Shown here: positions 45,413-45,962 of the stretch, in pieces
How positions within the stretch are numbered: the stretch's first letter is position 1
How the letters are laid out: every line of letters starts with the position of its first letter
Assembly: GCA_027482505.1 (NCBI GenBank)
Contig: JAIXVY010000199.1
Coordinates: 1-45,962, forward strand
Length of the DNA: 45,962 bases
Reading direction: 5' to 3'
Source: Opitutaceae bacterium
Lineage (GTDB): Bacteria > Verrucomicrobiota > Verrucomicrobiia > Opitutales > Opitutaceae
Made by a program: the position numbers and the translations under genes
The notes under the pieces: model-generated
Database searches by the model: none
What the model saw: the letters and a program-made list of their open reading frames with translations, nothing else
Told to the model about the DNA's origin: nothing

Positions 45413-45962
45413 TCATTCCCGCGCAAGCGGGGCCTTCCCCGCCGCCTCGCGGTAGAAGACCGCCCCGGCGGGCGGGGGCGCGTCCGGCCGCGCCGCGGGC
45501 TTGGGCCGGCGGGCCGCGTCCCACAGGCCCCAGTTGTCGTCCGCCTGTTTCCAGGGCTCGTCGAAGGCGGAAAAATAGAACATCGCGGCCGGCCGGGAAA
45601 ACCCGTCCCCGGGCGAAAGGCCGTCCGGGCCGTAGGCCCAGGCCATCATGTCCGTGAAATACCACGCCTGGTTGGTCGGGTGGGCCTGGTGAAGGGCGAA
45701 GTCCCGGACCTTGGCCTCGTTCAGCCGGGCGGAGGGCAGGCTTTGCCAGCCGGTCTCGCCGATCACGATCGGGATGCGGCGCCCGGCGGCGTCGAGCGCG
45801 GCGCGCACGGCGGCGAAGTTGGCCCGCGCGTAGTCCCGGGCCGCGTCCATCATGGCGCGGGCGCGTCGCTCCTCCGGGACGTCGAGCCGGCGGAAATTCC
45901 ACAGGTTGAAGCCCGCGTCCCAGTAGGCGTAGGTGTGCACCGAGGCGTAGTCGATCCGGCCC
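45413..45962 (-). CDS. GH17-like beta-1,3-glucanase/transglucosylase, C-terminal part (5' end beyond window)
   Basis: IDYASVHTY, IPIVIGETGW, FYFSAFDEPWK, DDNWGLWD. The frame is open to the window edge. Confidence 0.8.
   Translation of the reverse strand, partial: GRIDYASVHTYAYWDAGFNLWNFRRLDVPEERRARAMMDAARDYARANFAAVRAALDAAGRRIPIVIGETGWQSLPSARLNEAKVRDFALHQAHPTNQAWYFTDMMAWAYGPDGLSPGDGFSRPAAMFYFSAFDEPWKQADDNWGLWDAARRPKPAARPDAPPPAGAVFYREAAGKAPLARE

Overview
High-GC bacterial DNA, most likely Opitutaceae/Verrucomicrobiota. This is inferred from PEP-CTERM proteins, prepilin-type H-X9-DG proteins and autotransporter-strand-repeat proteins; no search was run. The window has three parts. (1) 1-6212 looks like backbone: a minus-strand run of FAH, DUF3891, amidohydrolase and acetamidase genes punctuated by two copies of a ~140-bp palindromic CACGGAG element, then bcp, rsmE and tRNA-Leu(CAA). 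(2) ~6213-35631 is a candidate ~29.4-kb island, bounded by the tRNA 3' end and an 18/22-nt degenerate copy of it at 35610-35631. It holds a LacI-associated glycan locus: FAD oxidoreductase, Calx-beta surface protein, ceramidase-like membrane hydrolase, beta-helix/esterase fusion, PEP-CTERM protein, Sip1-type and GH4 alpha-galactosidase-like enzymes, pilin-like protein, Na+/solute symporter, a 939-aa unknown secreted protein, an O-acetylesterase and a GH106 rhamnosidase. A promoter/operator sequence is duplicated within it. (3) 35771-45962 is a probable beta-1,3-glucan locus: PEP-CTERM protein, pilin-like protein, multimodular GH16, LacI, two GH2-TIM/GH158-like paralogs and a partial GH17. The main signal is that both glycan loci share the architecture LacI + PEP-CTERM protein + H/N-X9-DG pilin-like protein + large surface protein with a common C-terminal domain + CAZymes, with no SusC/SusD or TonB receptor in the window. 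This suggests a pilin/PEP-CTERM-based equivalent of a polysaccharide utilization locus (PUL). All family calls come from motif recognition by eye.
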